The notes beneath the pieces were generated by a model. The model was not told where the DNA came from, did not search any database, and saw nothing but the letters and a program-made list of their open reading frames with translations. From UHGV virus genome UHGV-0310418: a stretch of DNA of 22,968 nucleotides. One strand, 5' to 3'. Each line of letters begins with the position of its first letter. The first letter of the stretch is position 1. The position numbers were made by a program, and so were the translations under genes. Shown one piece after another: positions 1 to 9,683 of the stretch. The stretch is from a virus.

Positions 1-30
1 GGTTTTCAGGAACATCGCTGACTCTCCGGA

Positions 31-771
31 TTAACTGGCGGTGACGGTGATTTCTGCAACCGCAGCAAACTCACCATTACCGGATACAACCGGAATGTTG
101 ACCTTGCCTGCAGCAACGCCGTTCACGGTGATGGTCATACCGCTGACCGACACGGTGGCTTTTGTTTTATCCGCAGACACCGCACGGAAGCTCTTGTCGG
201 TTGCGCCCTCCGGCTGGAATGCCACGGTCAGCGTAGTGCTCTGCCCTTTCACTACGGAAGCACTGGCGGGTGTCACCGTCATGCCGGTTGTCGCCGTCAC
301 CGTGCTGCGATCTTCTGCCATCGACGGACGTCCCACGTTGGTGACCTTCACCGTGCGGGTGATCACTTCCTTCGCCGTCACCGCTTTACCGATACTGCTG
401 ACCCAGCCACGGAACACATCGACCGTGCCGTTCGGGAAGCGGATTTTATAGGCACGGGTATCACCTTCATTAAACCACGCCAGCAGCGCCTGCTGCCCCT
501 GCTCTCCGGGCATCCACGCCAGCGTGAAGCTGGTATCTCCGGCTGATTTCTGCCCCTGCCCGGTCGCAGTCCAGTCCGCATCTTCATCATCGAGATAGCT
601 GTCGTCATAGGACTCAGCGGTCAGTTCGCCGGGCGTCAGGTCTTTAACTTTTGCCAGACGCGACCAGTCAACGTCTGAAAGCGGGTTCGCATAAGGGTCA
701 CCGTTCCCCTTATAAACCCACAGTGTGGTCCCGGCACCTTTCACCGGCATTGTAGGATTTGGTACAGGCAT
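31..771 (-). CDS. V: Major tail protein V (lambda gpV-like, with C-terminal Ig-like domain)
   Basis: ORF 31..801 translation is near-identical to lambda gpV from [22 protein letters not shown] onward. Start placed at the internal ATG (residue 11 of the track ORF), preceded by GAGGA, giving 246 aa as in lambda. Confidence 0.93.
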   Translation of the reverse strand: MPVPNPTMPVKGAGTTLWVYKGNGDPYANPLSDVDWSRLAKVKDLTPGELTAESYDDSYLDDEDADWTATGQGQKSAGDTSFTLAWMPGEQGQQALLAWFNEGDTRAYKIRFPNGTVDVFRGWVSSIGKAVTAKEVITRTVKVTNVGRPSMAEDRSTVTATTGMTVTPASASVVKGQSTTLTVAFQPEGATDKSFRAVSADKTKATVSVSGMTITVNGVAAGKVNIPVVSGNGEFAAVAEITVTAS

Positions 772-778
772 AGCGTCC

Positions 779-1174
779 TCACATTTCATAGGTAATGACA
801 TACGTCAGATCGGCTGAACTCCACAGGCCCGCATCATCGTCGCGTCGGTAGTCATAGCCACTGGCCACCATACTGGTGATCAAATCTGACAGTGCCGGGA
901 TATCGCTCATCACCGGATAAATCCGGGACTCCATCCACGAATCCAGCTCTGAATCCGGCACCTGAGCAGGCAGGAAAACTTCAATATGCAGCTCCGCCTG
1001 CCAGGTATCGCTGTCCAGCTCTTCGCCCGTGTATTCAGCGCCGGTGAGATAAACGGCAATTGCCGGAAAATCTTCCTCATCAAAAACAGCGGGGCGACCA
1101 TCAAAAAGCGTCGCCCCGGTGTCATGCTTCTCCAGTGCATCCAGTACGGCTGCTCGGAGTTCAGTATGTTTCAT
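779..1174 (-). CDS. U: Tail tube terminator protein U
   Basis: 131 aa, same length as lambda gpU and strongly similar as recalled; lies directly upstream of V on the same strand as in lambda. Confidence 0.9.
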   Translation of the reverse strand: MKHTELRAAVLDALEKHDTGATLFDGRPAVFDEEDFPAIAVYLTGAEYTGEELDSDTWQAELHIEVFLPAQVPDSELDSWMESRIYPVMSDIPALSDLITSMVASGYDYRRDDDAGLWSSADLTYVITYEM

Positions 1175-1749
1175 CGCTTTATTACCATTCTCAGTTGATG
1201 CTGCAGCGCATAGCCCAGCTCTTTCGGAAGACGTTCACGCCGTATCCGCTCAATATTCTGTTTAAACGCCGTGGTCAGCGGCACTGCCATCGGGATTTTC
1301 ACCACATCAATGGGGTAACGGTTTTTCCCGGCCACACGCTGCATGACATGCCACCGGCCATTTTTCAGTTGCTGAATAAACGCGCCGGGAATACGACGGT
1401 TTCCCACCACAAGCACGCTGTCGCCACCTTTCAGGGATGAACGCTGCCCCTTTTTACGACGCCTGCGTCGGGACAGGACAACCCGCGCGTTACCCAGCCT
1501 GATTACGGGCAAATCCCCCCGGTTAACCTTGATTCTGGCCTGCGGATTTTTGACCGTGGCCCTTTTCAGCCTGGCCCTTTCCTTTACCAGTTTCCGGCGT
1601 ACCTTTGTCTCACGGGCAACCTGTGACGCAGACTGCGATATCGCGGATGAAGCAACGCGGTTAATGGCCATTGCGGAGGCACCGGGCACCGCCGTTCTGC
1701 TGATACGGCTGAGGTTTTCAACGGCCTGCTCAAGACCCTGTATGGCCAT
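1171..1749 (-). CDS. Z: Tail completion protein Z
   Basis: Translation from MAIQGLEQAVENLSRIS is near-identical to lambda gpZ (192 aa). Start moved to the internal ATG (residue 23 of track ORF 1171..1815), preceded by AGGGGGA. Confidence 0.9.
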   Translation of the reverse strand: MAIQGLEQAVENLSRISRTAVPGASAMAINRVASSAISQSASQVARETKVRRKLVKERARLKRATVKNPQARIKVNRGDLPVIRLGNARVVLSRRRRRKKGQRSSLKGGDSVLVVGNRRIPGAFIQQLKNGRWHVMQRVAGKNRYPIDVVKIPMAVPLTTAFKQNIERIRRERLPKELGYALQHQLRMVIKR

Positions 1750-1760
1750 ACATCCCCCTT

Positions 1761-2114
1761 TCAGCGACGACGGCTGGCGGCAGGTGGTTGCCCCCGGTTG
1801 AGCCAGAGATAACAACTCCCTCCGTCATCCGGAGAAACACGGTCCACCCAGAACATCTCGCCGTTAATGGTCAGCGTGTCACCACGCCGTACAGCACAAA
1901 CCGTATCCGTAAGCACAAATAATGACGGGTTACTTCCTTCAATACGGATCCCACTACTGGCAAAACCCAGCGACTCCGGATCGTCAAAAACGCCATAAAC
2001 CTCGCCGCCACGCTGTGCACCGGAGGTGAACTGCGCACTGATGCCCATCACTTCAACAATCGTACTGTCCACCCCGGCAAGGGCGGCATCAAAGGCATTC
2101 TGAAAATCACGCAT
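1761..2114 (-). CDS. FII: Head-tail joining protein FII
   Basis: Similar to lambda gpFII (shared motifs GVFDDPE, RGDTLTI, FWVDRVSPDDGGSC, PPA..RRR). Start at the third in-frame ATG of track ORF 1761..2150 gives 117 aa as in lambda. Confidence 0.85.
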   Translation of the reverse strand: MRDFQNAFDAALAGVDSTIVEVMGISAQFTSGAQRGGEVYGVFDDPESLGFASSGIRIEGSNPSLFVLTDTVCAVRRGDTLTINGEMFWVDRVSPDDGGSCYLWLNRGQPPAASRRR

Positions 2115-2481
2115 AAACAGCCATTCCACCATCAACGTGTGTTTTTGCATCTGAGGACATAATCAGAATCACCCGACCAACATCCGCAAGCTCAACGGAT
2201 TCCCCCGTTTCACCATCAACGCCACAGAGATGGAGGCAGGTCAGAACTCTGATGCGCGTTAACGCGCCGGATGTTTCCTCACGAACATCATGAGCCGCGG
2301 TTTCACGCTCCCGGATATCCATATTCATAACCTGTACATCATCGCCGGATGACTGCATTTCCTCTTCCCATTCTGCCACCCGCTGCGCTATCTCTGCGGC
2401 ACTCCCGGATATATCCGGCTCACGCCCCAGAATCAGGGCCAGTTCATCAAGCCGTTTCAGATTTTGCTCTTTCGTTGCCAT
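2107..2481 (-). CDS. FI: Head assembly / DNA packaging protein FI-like
   Basis: Occupies the FI position between E and FII; acidic protein of about 124 aa starting MATKEQNLKRLDELA, with GGGGG Shine-Dalgarno just upstream. Diverged from lambda FI, so assignment is by position and composition. Confidence 0.7.
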   Translation of the reverse strand: MATKEQNLKRLDELALILGREPDISGSAAEIAQRVAEWEEEMQSSGDDVQVMNMDIRERETAAHDVREETSGALTRIRVLTCLHLCGVDGETGESVELADVGRVILIMSSDAKTHVDGGMAVYA

Positions 2482-2495
2482 ATCAGCCCCCTGTG

Positions 2496-2524
2496 AAAAA
2501 AGACACGGGGGCATTTCGCCCCCG
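2496..2524 (-). terminator. Candidate intrinsic terminator or stabilising stem-loop between E and FI
   Basis: On the minus strand: CGGGGGC-gaaat-GCCCCCG (7-bp GC stem) followed 4 nt later by TTTTTT, sitting between the E stop (2533) and FI start (2481). Confidence 0.45.
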
Positions 2525-2532
2525 CTCACGGA

Positions 2533-3561
2533 TTATTTCACCTGTACCACCACAAACTCATCCGGGTCCGGCAACACCATCAGCGGCGCGGACTGCGTCA
2601 TGGTAAATTCACGGGCGGGATCCCCTACCGTCAGCCAGTGTTTCGGATAACGGGAAGAGGCCACCACACCTTCGGACAACGCCTGAGCATCCTGAATGGC
2701 ACCGTAACAACGGATCCCATCTGCAGCAGTATTCCCCAGAACCAGCATGCCATCTGGAAGATAACGTTTTTCGATACCGTCTTCTGCTATATAAGACGTT
2801 TTCGCCACCACAATGGCCAGATCGCCGTAATACCCCTTGAAGGACACCACTGCGCCCAGATCTTTCACTGCCGTTTCGAGTTGAGAATTTGAACCGCGAC
2901 GGGTATCCAGTTTTTCGCGGAACAGCTTAAAACCATTCAGAAGACGCCAGACGGTACCGTCCATAATGGCAATATTCACAAGACCGCTGGCCTGGTCGCA
3001 GTAGAGGTCAATATCATGTGTAGGATCGAACGTGTCACGATCCTGTTTTGACCACTCCTTACCACTACCCTGAGTGATGTTATTCTTCGTCGACCTGCCA
3101 AAATCGACCTCAATTTTCTCGAACTGGTCTCCTTCCATGGTGTATTTGCCATACAACACAGCATTTACCGCCTGCATTTCTTCCACCTGGACAATCGCGT
3201 GCTCTTCCTGTTTGAGGTTATCGGTAATGATACGCAGACGGCGGTAAGCCGGATCGTTCAGTTGAGATGGATCTTCACCAGGAAGGCGCTCAACCGCCTG
3301 CTGGTAATTAAATTCGTGTTTCGGCTTGACGTAGCCCGGACGCAACACGCGGGTTTCACCACCACGATGACGCAGCACTTTTCCTTCAACAACCGGGGAG
3401 ACATAGGCCGCCACCGGCGTTTTTCCGGTAATTTTGTCCAGCATCACCTCTTCGGTATGGAAATTCACCGTACGGCGGAAAAACAGCTCCAGAAACAGCG
3501 CACGAAATTTAACTTTTTGTTCGGTATAACCGAGTAACTGGCGGGTCGTAAACAATCCCAT
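2533..3561 (-). CDS. E: Major capsid protein E (HK97-fold, lambda gpE-like)
   Basis: 342 aa; long collinear similarity to lambda gpE (e.g. PGYVKPKHE, DPAYRR.RII, EEMQAV.AVL.GKYTM, KLDTRRGSNS.LETAVKDLG, TGDPAREFTM.QSAPLM). Confidence 0.93.
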   Translation of the reverse strand: MGLFTTRQLLGYTEQKVKFRALFLELFFRRTVNFHTEEVMLDKITGKTPVAAYVSPVVEGKVLRHRGGETRVLRPGYVKPKHEFNYQQAVERLPGEDPSQLNDPAYRRLRIITDNLKQEEHAIVQVEEMQAVNAVLYGKYTMEGDQFEKIEVDFGRSTKNNITQGSGKEWSKQDRDTFDPTHDIDLYCDQASGLVNIAIMDGTVWRLLNGFKLFREKLDTRRGSNSQLETAVKDLGAVVSFKGYYGDLAIVVAKTSYIAEDGIEKRYLPDGMLVLGNTAADGIRCYGAIQDAQALSEGVVASSRYPKHWLTVGDPAREFTMTQSAPLMVLPDPDEFVVVQVK

Positions 3562-3590
3562 AAATCAGTTCCTTTCATTCAGAAATCAGT

Positions 3591-3610
3591 CAGGCCACCG
3601 CGGTGGCCTG
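3591..3610. repeat. Perfect 20-bp palindrome CAGGCCACCGCGGTGGCCTG in the D-E intergenic region
   Basis: Read directly from the sequence; begins 8 nt downstream of the D stop and lies about 30 nt upstream of the E start. Confidence 0.8.
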
Positions 3611-3618
3611 ATAACGTG

Positions 3619-3966
3619 TTACGGCAGCGCCGCGTGACTCAGGGCACTGCCGGCAAAGGCGTTGGCCTTTTTGTGTTCATCCACACTTTCAGGCCAGTGG
3701 ATTGCCTCCGTCGCAAAGGTTCCCGACTTGTAATACGTCAGCGCCGTCTCTGTACCTTTAAGCGGCAGTACCAGTATGCCAACCGCACTACCGGCTTTCT
3801 GTCCGTCCCAGACCACCAGTTTCCCGGTGGCTTCATCCAGCATCAGGGGCGTCAGTGCCGGTGTTGGCGAGGAAATCCCGCTGCTGCCTGTGGCGGTATG
3901 AGCCGGATCATTACCGGCAAAAATACGTACTTCCGCACGCTGTTCAGTGATGGTTTTCGTCACCAT
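3619..3966 (-). CDS. D: Head decoration protein D
   Basis: 115 aa; similar to lambda gpD (DPAHTAT, TPLMLD, KLV.WDG, GIL, YKSGTF, AFAG). Confidence 0.9.
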   Translation of the reverse strand: MVTKTITEQRAEVRIFAGNDPAHTATGSSGISSPTPALTPLMLDEATGKLVVWDGQKAGSAVGILVLPLKGTETALTYYKSGTFATEAIHWPESVDEHKKANAFAGSALSHAALP

Positions 3967-4002
3967 ATTGTAAAAACCTCCTATTGATGGTCAGCACTGA
4001 CT

Positions 4003-5508
4003 TCATGGCATGGCCATGAGCATTTTCACGTCCGCATCACCGTCTGCTGACGTCTGTGGCACGCCACCCTGTACCGCTGCCGGTGAATGGTTCGCCATGA
4101 AATGTTCAAACATGGCGGTTGTGGATGCAGAGACCGGTTCTGCCTTACCTGATCCCGCAGCCAGCACAGCCCGGGCGCTCTCCACTGTCATTCCCGGGCA
4201 GGCAGCCAGCTGTTCAGCCTGCGCCTCAGCCCCTTTTGCCTCATCCAGTGCCATGATCTGATCACGGAGTGATGGTCCGGCATCCGCCTGCGGTGAAGCA
4301 GCCAGGATCGGGCGGGCTTTTTCCACCGTCATCTCCGGCATCGCCGCCAGCGTTGCCGCCAGTTGTTCACGACCGTTCGCTTCTTCACACGCCATAATGC
4401 GATCGGCTTCACTCTGCGTGGATGCCACCGGCTGCTGCGGTGCCGCCGCGGCCAGAATCGCCCGGGCCTGTTCAACGCTCATGCCCTGTTGTCCTGCCAG
4501 CATCGTGGCAAGCTGTTCACGTCCTTTCGCTTCCTGGCATGTCAGGATCCCCATCACTCGCTGGTTCTCCTGCGCGGCGGCTTCCGTTGCAGTTAATTGC
4601 GGCATAGTGCCTCCTCTGACATTACTGTTCAGCGCCGTGGCCATCACACTGATGGCATCCGACGCATTGATTAATTCATCCGCCAGCCCGGCCTCAATGC
4701 CGGACTGACCTTCAAAAACGGCAGCCTCTGTTCCCGTGACGGCATCAACAGACAGACCGGTATACATCGCCACTTTTTCGGCAAACATCCGGCGCGCCGC
4801 ATCAATCCGCTGCTGCATGTCCTGGCGAACCTCTGCCGGCAACGCTTCAAACTGATTGCCATCCACCTTGTGCGCACCTGAGTAAATCAGCGTGATATCC
4901 ACACCGGCCTGCGCCAGATGACCGGCATAGCTGACATGGCTCATCATCACGCCAATGGAGCCGATACGGGATGTCTGGGTAACCAGCCGTCGGGAGCAGG
5001 CCGACGCCAGCAGCATGGCTGCAGAACAGGCCGTGTCATTGCACAGTGCCCAGACCGGCTTCTGCTGACGGAGGCGGTAAATCATGTCAGCGCAGTCAAA
5101 CGCGCCGGCGGCCTGCCCGCCCGGACTGTCAATGTCCAGCAGTACGCCCCGCACCTGGCTATCCGCCATTGCCTGCTGAAGACAGGCGACAATGCCGTCA
5201 TAGCCTGTCATTCCGGAAAATGGCCGCATACCACCCAGCCGGTGCACCAGCGTGCCGGTCACCGGCAGTACAGCAATACCGTTCACCACCCGGTAAACAC
5301 GGGCCGGTCGTTTACCTCCGGCCATATACTCGTCCGTTTCAGCCAGCATTCCGGGAGCATCAAGCTGTACCTGTTGTTGTGGTACCGAAAGACTTGCTGC
5401 CCCCATCTCGCGCCCGAGCGCGCAAAAGAAAACCCGCGCATAGGCGGGCTCCAGAAGCAGCGGTTCATTGAATGCTGCGGCAATAATGTGTGAAAGATTA
5501 CGTCTCAC
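4003..5508 (-). CDS. C: Prohead protease / scaffold protein C (S49/ClpP-like), with in-frame nested scaffold Nu3 expected in its 3' part
   Basis: N-terminal two-thirds collinear with lambda gpC (NEPLLLEPAYARVFFCAL, SGMTGY.GI, KPVWAL.ND, SRRLVTQT, IGVMM, ITLIYSG.HKVDGN). C-terminal part carries three tandem copies of a roughly 45-50 aa module, making it 501 aa versus about 439 in lambda. Confidence 0.9.
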   Translation of the reverse strand: MRRNLSHIIAAAFNEPLLLEPAYARVFFCALGREMGAASLSVPQQQVQLDAPGMLAETDEYMAGGKRPARVYRVVNGIAVLPVTGTLVHRLGGMRPFSGMTGYDGIVACLQQAMADSQVRGVLLDIDSPGGQAAGAFDCADMIYRLRQQKPVWALCNDTACSAAMLLASACSRRLVTQTSRIGSIGVMMSHVSYAGHLAQAGVDITLIYSGAHKVDGNQFEALPAEVRQDMQQRIDAARRMFAEKVAMYTGLSVDAVTGTEAAVFEGQSGIEAGLADELINASDAISVMATALNSNVRGGTMPQLTATEAAAQENQRVMGILTCQEAKGREQLATMLAGQQGMSVEQARAILAAAAPQQPVASTQSEADRIMACEEANGREQLAATLAAMPEMTVEKARPILAASPQADAGPSLRDQIMALDEAKGAEAQAEQLAACPGMTVESARAVLAAGSGKAEPVSASTTAMFEHFMANHSPAAVQGGVPQTSADGDADVKMLMAMP

Positions 5509-7090
5509 GTGGTGTTGTCTCCTCTTCCGGCCTGCGACTCTCCGCTATCTGCTGCTGATACGCCTGCGATATCCACACCGGACGTGAGAGTCCGGCTTTT
5601 TGCCGCTCTGCAGATTCCCTGACCTGCTGGCGGAAAATGTCCTGATAATCCTCGCCCATCAGCGCCAGCTCTTTCTCATACGTGCTCAGTCCGGCCTCAA
5701 TGCGCATCACTGATTCCTGGACTTCCTTGAGCCCGTCAATGGCCATTCTTCCGGCACCAATCCACTCTGCCCGTGACCAGGCTGATCGCGCCTGATAAAA
5801 ATCAAAACGTGCCCGTGGCGGACGAATAATCCCCCGAAGAAGTGCCTCTTCCAGCCAGCAGGAAAACATCTGCGTGGCCAGCCGGGCCGCAATAAATTTT
5901 CGCCGCCCCATAAAATAGCGCCACGACTCATTGGCGGAGGCGCGGGCACTTGAGTAACTGACCTTCGAGTAATCACGGGACAACTGTTCGTAGGAAACGC
6001 CAAGACCGGCGGCGATATACCGCAGCAGCGCCTGTTCAAGTGCAGAAAATCCATTGTCTGAATCCTGCGCAGTCTGTAGTTTCAGATCATCACCAGGGAA
6101 AAGGTGCGGAATTTTGACTCCGCCCAGTGTCACGTTATTCGTGTCATACCAGCTGGAGAACTTCTCCAGAATATTAATAAGCGGATTATCCTTCTGCTCC
6201 TGTGGCGCGCCGGCGATATATTCAAAGGCCTTTTCGGTATCAAGTTCACTTTCAATCGTCGCTGCATACATCGCCTTCACTATGGCCGACTGAAGCTGTG
6301 TTGCCTGCAGGGAATCGAGCATCTTCAGCCGTTCCATGACGCTGTAAAACTGATTAGCCCCACGGGTCTGCCCGTCCTCCACCGGCTCGAAAATATGCAG
6401 CATGGCCGGACGCCCGGTGGGAAGTTCACGCGGGATCCGTTCCCATCGTCCACTACCAGAGAACGGAAAATCATCCTCACAGATATGGTACGCGACGGCA
6501 CGGCCATATCGATCGACCTCCACACCGGCCCGCAGAAAACGGTTCCCCATACCGTGTCCAGGCGTGTCCACTCGTTTCGGACTCACAGCTTTAAAACGCG
6601 TACGGAATAACTGCGTGGTTTCCGTATCCCAGACCGGCTGCACAAAGATTTCGCCGTTAAACGCATGAACGCCCACACCTTCACGGATAAATTCCGTGAA
6701 CGTGCGTTTTCCTTCCACGTCGATCTCGCCAAACATCCCTTCGGCGTATTCCGACCAGGCCGCCTCCACCTCATCGACAAAGCTTTTTGCTGCGGTCTCC
6801 CGCATCCCCAGCCAGCGCCAGTTCGGACGGTAGCTGATCAGAAACATATGCCCGACAATGTGATCCTTATGCAGGGCAACCGCATTAGCCGCTATTCCGT
6901 TATTGCGCACTAGATCATCTGCCCGGGCATTCCCCAGACGCAACGCGGGCAGCAGGGCCGCATCGGCACTCTGCGCCGGTGGCAACCACTCCGCCATTTG
7001 CCCGCCAAATCCTGCGCCGCCACCGTTGTAGCTGAGACTCTCACGAAGCGGAACACCGTTCACATCAATCAGGACAGGCGTTCGTTTCAT
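5498..7090 (-). CDS. B: Portal protein B
   Basis: 530 aa; strong similarity to lambda gpB (GNARADDLVRNNG, VEDGQTRGAN.FYSVME, LQSAIVKAMYAATIESELDT, LLRYIAAGLGVSYEQLSR, GRMAIDGLKEVQE). Confidence 0.95.
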   Translation of the reverse strand: MKRTPVLIDVNGVPLRESLSYNGGGAGFGGQMAEWLPPAQSADAALLPALRLGNARADDLVRNNGIAANAVALHKDHIVGHMFLISYRPNWRWLGMRETAAKSFVDEVEAAWSEYAEGMFGEIDVEGKRTFTEFIREGVGVHAFNGEIFVQPVWDTETTQLFRTRFKAVSPKRVDTPGHGMGNRFLRAGVEVDRYGRAVAYHICEDDFPFSGSGRWERIPRELPTGRPAMLHIFEPVEDGQTRGANQFYSVMERLKMLDSLQATQLQSAIVKAMYAATIESELDTEKAFEYIAGAPQEQKDNPLINILEKFSSWYDTNNVTLGGVKIPHLFPGDDLKLQTAQDSDNGFSALEQALLRYIAAGLGVSYEQLSRDYSKVSYSSARASANESWRYFMGRRKFIAARLATQMFSCWLEEALLRGIIRPPRARFDFYQARSAWSRAEWIGAGRMAIDGLKEVQESVMRIEAGLSTYEKELALMGEDYQDIFRQQVRESAERQKAGLSRPVWISQAYQQQIAESRRPEEETTPRET

Positions 7091-7293
7091 AACCTCACTC
7101 CCAGCGGACGACGGCGACGTCGGGTTGTCCCCAGTACCGACTCCGCATCATTGATCGCCCGGTTAAGCTCATCCAGAGAAGCCGCCGTATATTCAATTCT
7201 GCGACCATCTTTCTGGACAGACACCACCCGTTTACCGGTTAATAAATCAAGGCGCGCCTGACGCAGCGCCTGCAGTTCAGCGACTGTAACCAT
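7087..7293 (-). CDS. W: Head-tail joining protein W
   Basis: 68 aa, same length as lambda gpW with shared motifs (LTGKRV, VQKDGRR.E.TA); between A and B as in lambda. Confidence 0.88.
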   Translation of the reverse strand: MVTVAELQALRQARLDLLTGKRVVSVQKDGRRIEYTAASLDELNRAINDAESVLGTTRRRRRPLGVRL

Positions 7294-9205
7294 TCACTCC
7301 TCCGGACAGCTTCGCTGCCAGTTCTTTAAGGGTTGGCCGGGTCGTCTCTTCTTCCCGGGATTTTGCCAGTACAGCCAGATCAAGCTGCCAGCGTTGCACG
7401 GACACACGTAATGCCGCGTAGGCATACACCAGGCAGTCCAGCGCTTCGTTACGCCGCTTTTTGTTATCCCACAGCAGACGCATCTTTCCTTTTTCCCACT
7501 TCTCCACAAGCTCTTCCGCGACCAGTTGCTGCGCCTCTGTCTGCGAAAAAATCTCCGGATCATCAGGAAAACGGATGGCATACGACGTGGATTCATCCGC
7601 AGGCGTGGGCTCGGCTTTCATACGGGCATAGAGAATTTCTTTTGCGGTGTCTGTCCCCACTTCACACAGATACACGCCCCGCTGATTGCGGGTTTTTGGC
7701 ATGGTGATCACCGGCTTGCCATAGACAGATGCGCCTTTTACCGGCAGCACCCGGAAAACACCGTGTTTTTTTGACCTCTGATAAACGATTTCGCCATCGA
7801 TACCCCCGATGTCCCAGCAGACACGGGAAATGGTCATTTCGGTTCCGTCTGCATGGCGGTATTTTTTGTTGATCGCCGCATCCACACGTAACAGCGTCTC
7901 TTCCTCATCGGGACGTCCCATAATGATGATTTTATCCACCAGAAAGGCTTCCTCTCCCGGAGCCCATCCCCAGACATACATCTCAAAACGGTTTCGCTGC
8001 GAGTCAATGCCCGCCGTCAGATAAACCACCCGGGCTGGCACCGCCGCCGTGTAATGCACGACCTTATCAATCAGTACCTGGTGATCGAGTTTTTCGCCCA
8101 CGGCCTCTTCGTAGGTCTCGCCCAGCGTGGTGTTCACAAAGGTTTTCAGGCCGTTGGGATCTTTCAGTGCATCCAGCCAGTCATAGACTATCTGTACCCA
8201 GGTGGTGAACGGACTGTACGCCGTCCAGATATGGAAAGTGATGGAGCGCGGCGGCGGAATTTCATCACCCCGGGCGCTGAAAAACATCAGGCCGTCACGG
8301 GTCCACATGCCCGTGTTTTCACAGATCCACCGCCCGTTGCTCTGGTCAAGCTCAGACTGATGGATCACGCAGCCATGATGTTCACAGAGGTAGAAAACGC
8401 TTTCGGGGCTGTCCTTCTCCCATTTAAGGCCAAAAGGCGTGGATTCATCGCCAAATTTCAGATACTGCGCCTCCCCACAGTGCGGGCAGGGCACATAAAA
8501 ACGCATGAAATGTGCCGACTCGTTAGCGGCTTTTTCGATCTGGCAGGAGCCTTTGATTTTAGGCGTCGAGCCGCGAATGGATTTTGGCCATACAGAGCCC
8601 TCAATACGTTTATCCCCCAGCAGGGTTGGCGAACCCTCTTTTTCAACATCCGGTTCGAACGAGGAAAGTTCGTCATAGCAGACCACATCCACGGATTTTT
8701 CACGGTAGTTTTTGGCGGCAGCGCCGCCCAGGCACCAGAAACCGACGCCCGATGAAAAGCGTTTCAGCGTGAGGGTATTATCACGATGTTTACGACCCAG
8801 CCATGGGGAAAGGTCTTTCAGGCATGGCACGTCCCTAATCGTCGTCTCCACGTGAGACTTCATAAAATCTTCAGCGGCAGAATCCGTGGGCTGAAAAAGC
8901 AGACTGTTTCGGGATTTATGCTCAATAAAATACCCGACCACCCCCAGCAACATCTTTGTATAGCCAACACGGGCAGATTTAATCAGATTAACAGTGCGGA
9001 CCTGATCATTCCCCATACTGTTCATGATGGCGATCTGGAACGGCAGCGTTTTCCATTCGCCGTCACCGTATGAGGATTCTTTCGGCAGATAATAATACTG
9101 GTCAGCCCATTCAACTGCCGTCATCGGTACAACCCTGACCAGAGGCTGCAGCGCAACCGAAACGGCAGCCATCAGATTATTCAGTTGTTGCTCTGATATA
9201 TTCAT
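7277..9205 (-). CDS. A: Terminase large subunit A
   Basis: Strong collinear similarity to lambda gpA (TAVEWAD..YYLPKES, KSARVGY.KMLLGV, GSVWPKSIRGSTPK, WTAYSPFTTWVQIV, TAGIDSQ, RNEALDC). Track ORF starts at an upstream TTG; start placed at internal ATG (MNISEQQL), which overlaps the Nu1 3' end as in lambda. Confidence 0.93.
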   Translation of the reverse strand: MNISEQQLNNLMAAVSVALQPLVRVVPMTAVEWADQYYYLPKESSYGDGEWKTLPFQIAIMNSMGNDQVRTVNLIKSARVGYTKMLLGVVGYFIEHKSRNSLLFQPTDSAAEDFMKSHVETTIRDVPCLKDLSPWLGRKHRDNTLTLKRFSSGVGFWCLGGAAAKNYREKSVDVVCYDELSSFEPDVEKEGSPTLLGDKRIEGSVWPKSIRGSTPKIKGSCQIEKAANESAHFMRFYVPCPHCGEAQYLKFGDESTPFGLKWEKDSPESVFYLCEHHGCVIHQSELDQSNGRWICENTGMWTRDGLMFFSARGDEIPPPRSITFHIWTAYSPFTTWVQIVYDWLDALKDPNGLKTFVNTTLGETYEEAVGEKLDHQVLIDKVVHYTAAVPARVVYLTAGIDSQRNRFEMYVWGWAPGEEAFLVDKIIIMGRPDEEETLLRVDAAINKKYRHADGTEMTISRVCWDIGGIDGEIVYQRSKKHGVFRVLPVKGASVYGKPVITMPKTRNQRGVYLCEVGTDTAKEILYARMKAEPTPADESTSYAIRFPDDPEIFSQTEAQQLVAEELVEKWEKGKMRLLWDNKKRRNEALDCLVYAYAALRVSVQRWQLDLAVLAKSREEETTRPTLKELAAKLSGGVNGYSR

Positions 9206-9683
9206 CCAGCAAATCCGGTAATTTATCCCCTGCCCGCGCACACTGATTTGCGCCCTTCGCAATAAGGGTTTTCAGATGGTCAAGATGACGTGGCGTTAAA
9301 TCCGGGAACTGTCGCTGCATGGATAACGGAATAGAATCAAGCGTACTGGACAATGCCATCGCCAGCTTGCTGAGGGCGAAAACGCAGAAGTCTGAATCGA
9401 TGAGCTTACCTTCGGTTACCTGATTTTTAAGTTTTTGAGCTACGGCCTGTTCTTCTGTCAGTTCAGCTCTGGCCCGAAGCAGCCTTTCCTCCAGATCGCC
9501 CCCGTCATCAGGTGTTCTATGATTGTGTTGTCGCCGCTCGCGATCTATCTCCAGTACAGTTTTAACGTCATAAAAAACTTCCCTCCCCCGACGCTCGACA
9601 GGAGGAACGCCCCATTTATCAAATGCCTGAACAGAGATACCGATGGAGGAGGCCATATCACTTTTATTCAATAAAAAGGCCAT
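9177..9683 (-). CDS. Nu1: Terminase small subunit Nu1
   Basis: C-terminal half similar to lambda Nu1 (SKLAMALSSTLDSIPLSMQRQFPDL, HLDHLK, LLDEYI). Start taken at ATG preceded by GGAGAGGAG; an ATG 18 nt upstream (9701) is an alternative. Confidence 0.8.
   Translation of the reverse strand: MAFLLNKSDMASSIGISVQAFDKWGVPPVERRGREVFYDVKTVLEIDRERRQHNHRTPDDGGDLEERLLRARAELTEEQAVAQKLKNQVTEGKLIDSDFCVFALSKLAMALSSTLDSIPLSMQRQFPDLTPRHLDHLKTLIAKGANQCARAGDKLPDLLDEYIRATTE

Noticed and set aside
41-451. Plus-strand 136-aa ORF antisense to gene V, and similar antisense ORFs inside C (4918..5493), A (8054..8755), the methyltransferase (19632..20213) and O (21203..21538)
   Set aside because: Each lies wholly within a well-supported minus-strand gene with strong homology-based identification; composition (Arg/Cys/His-rich) and lack of ribosome binding sites are typical of shadow ORFs in GC-rich coding DNA.
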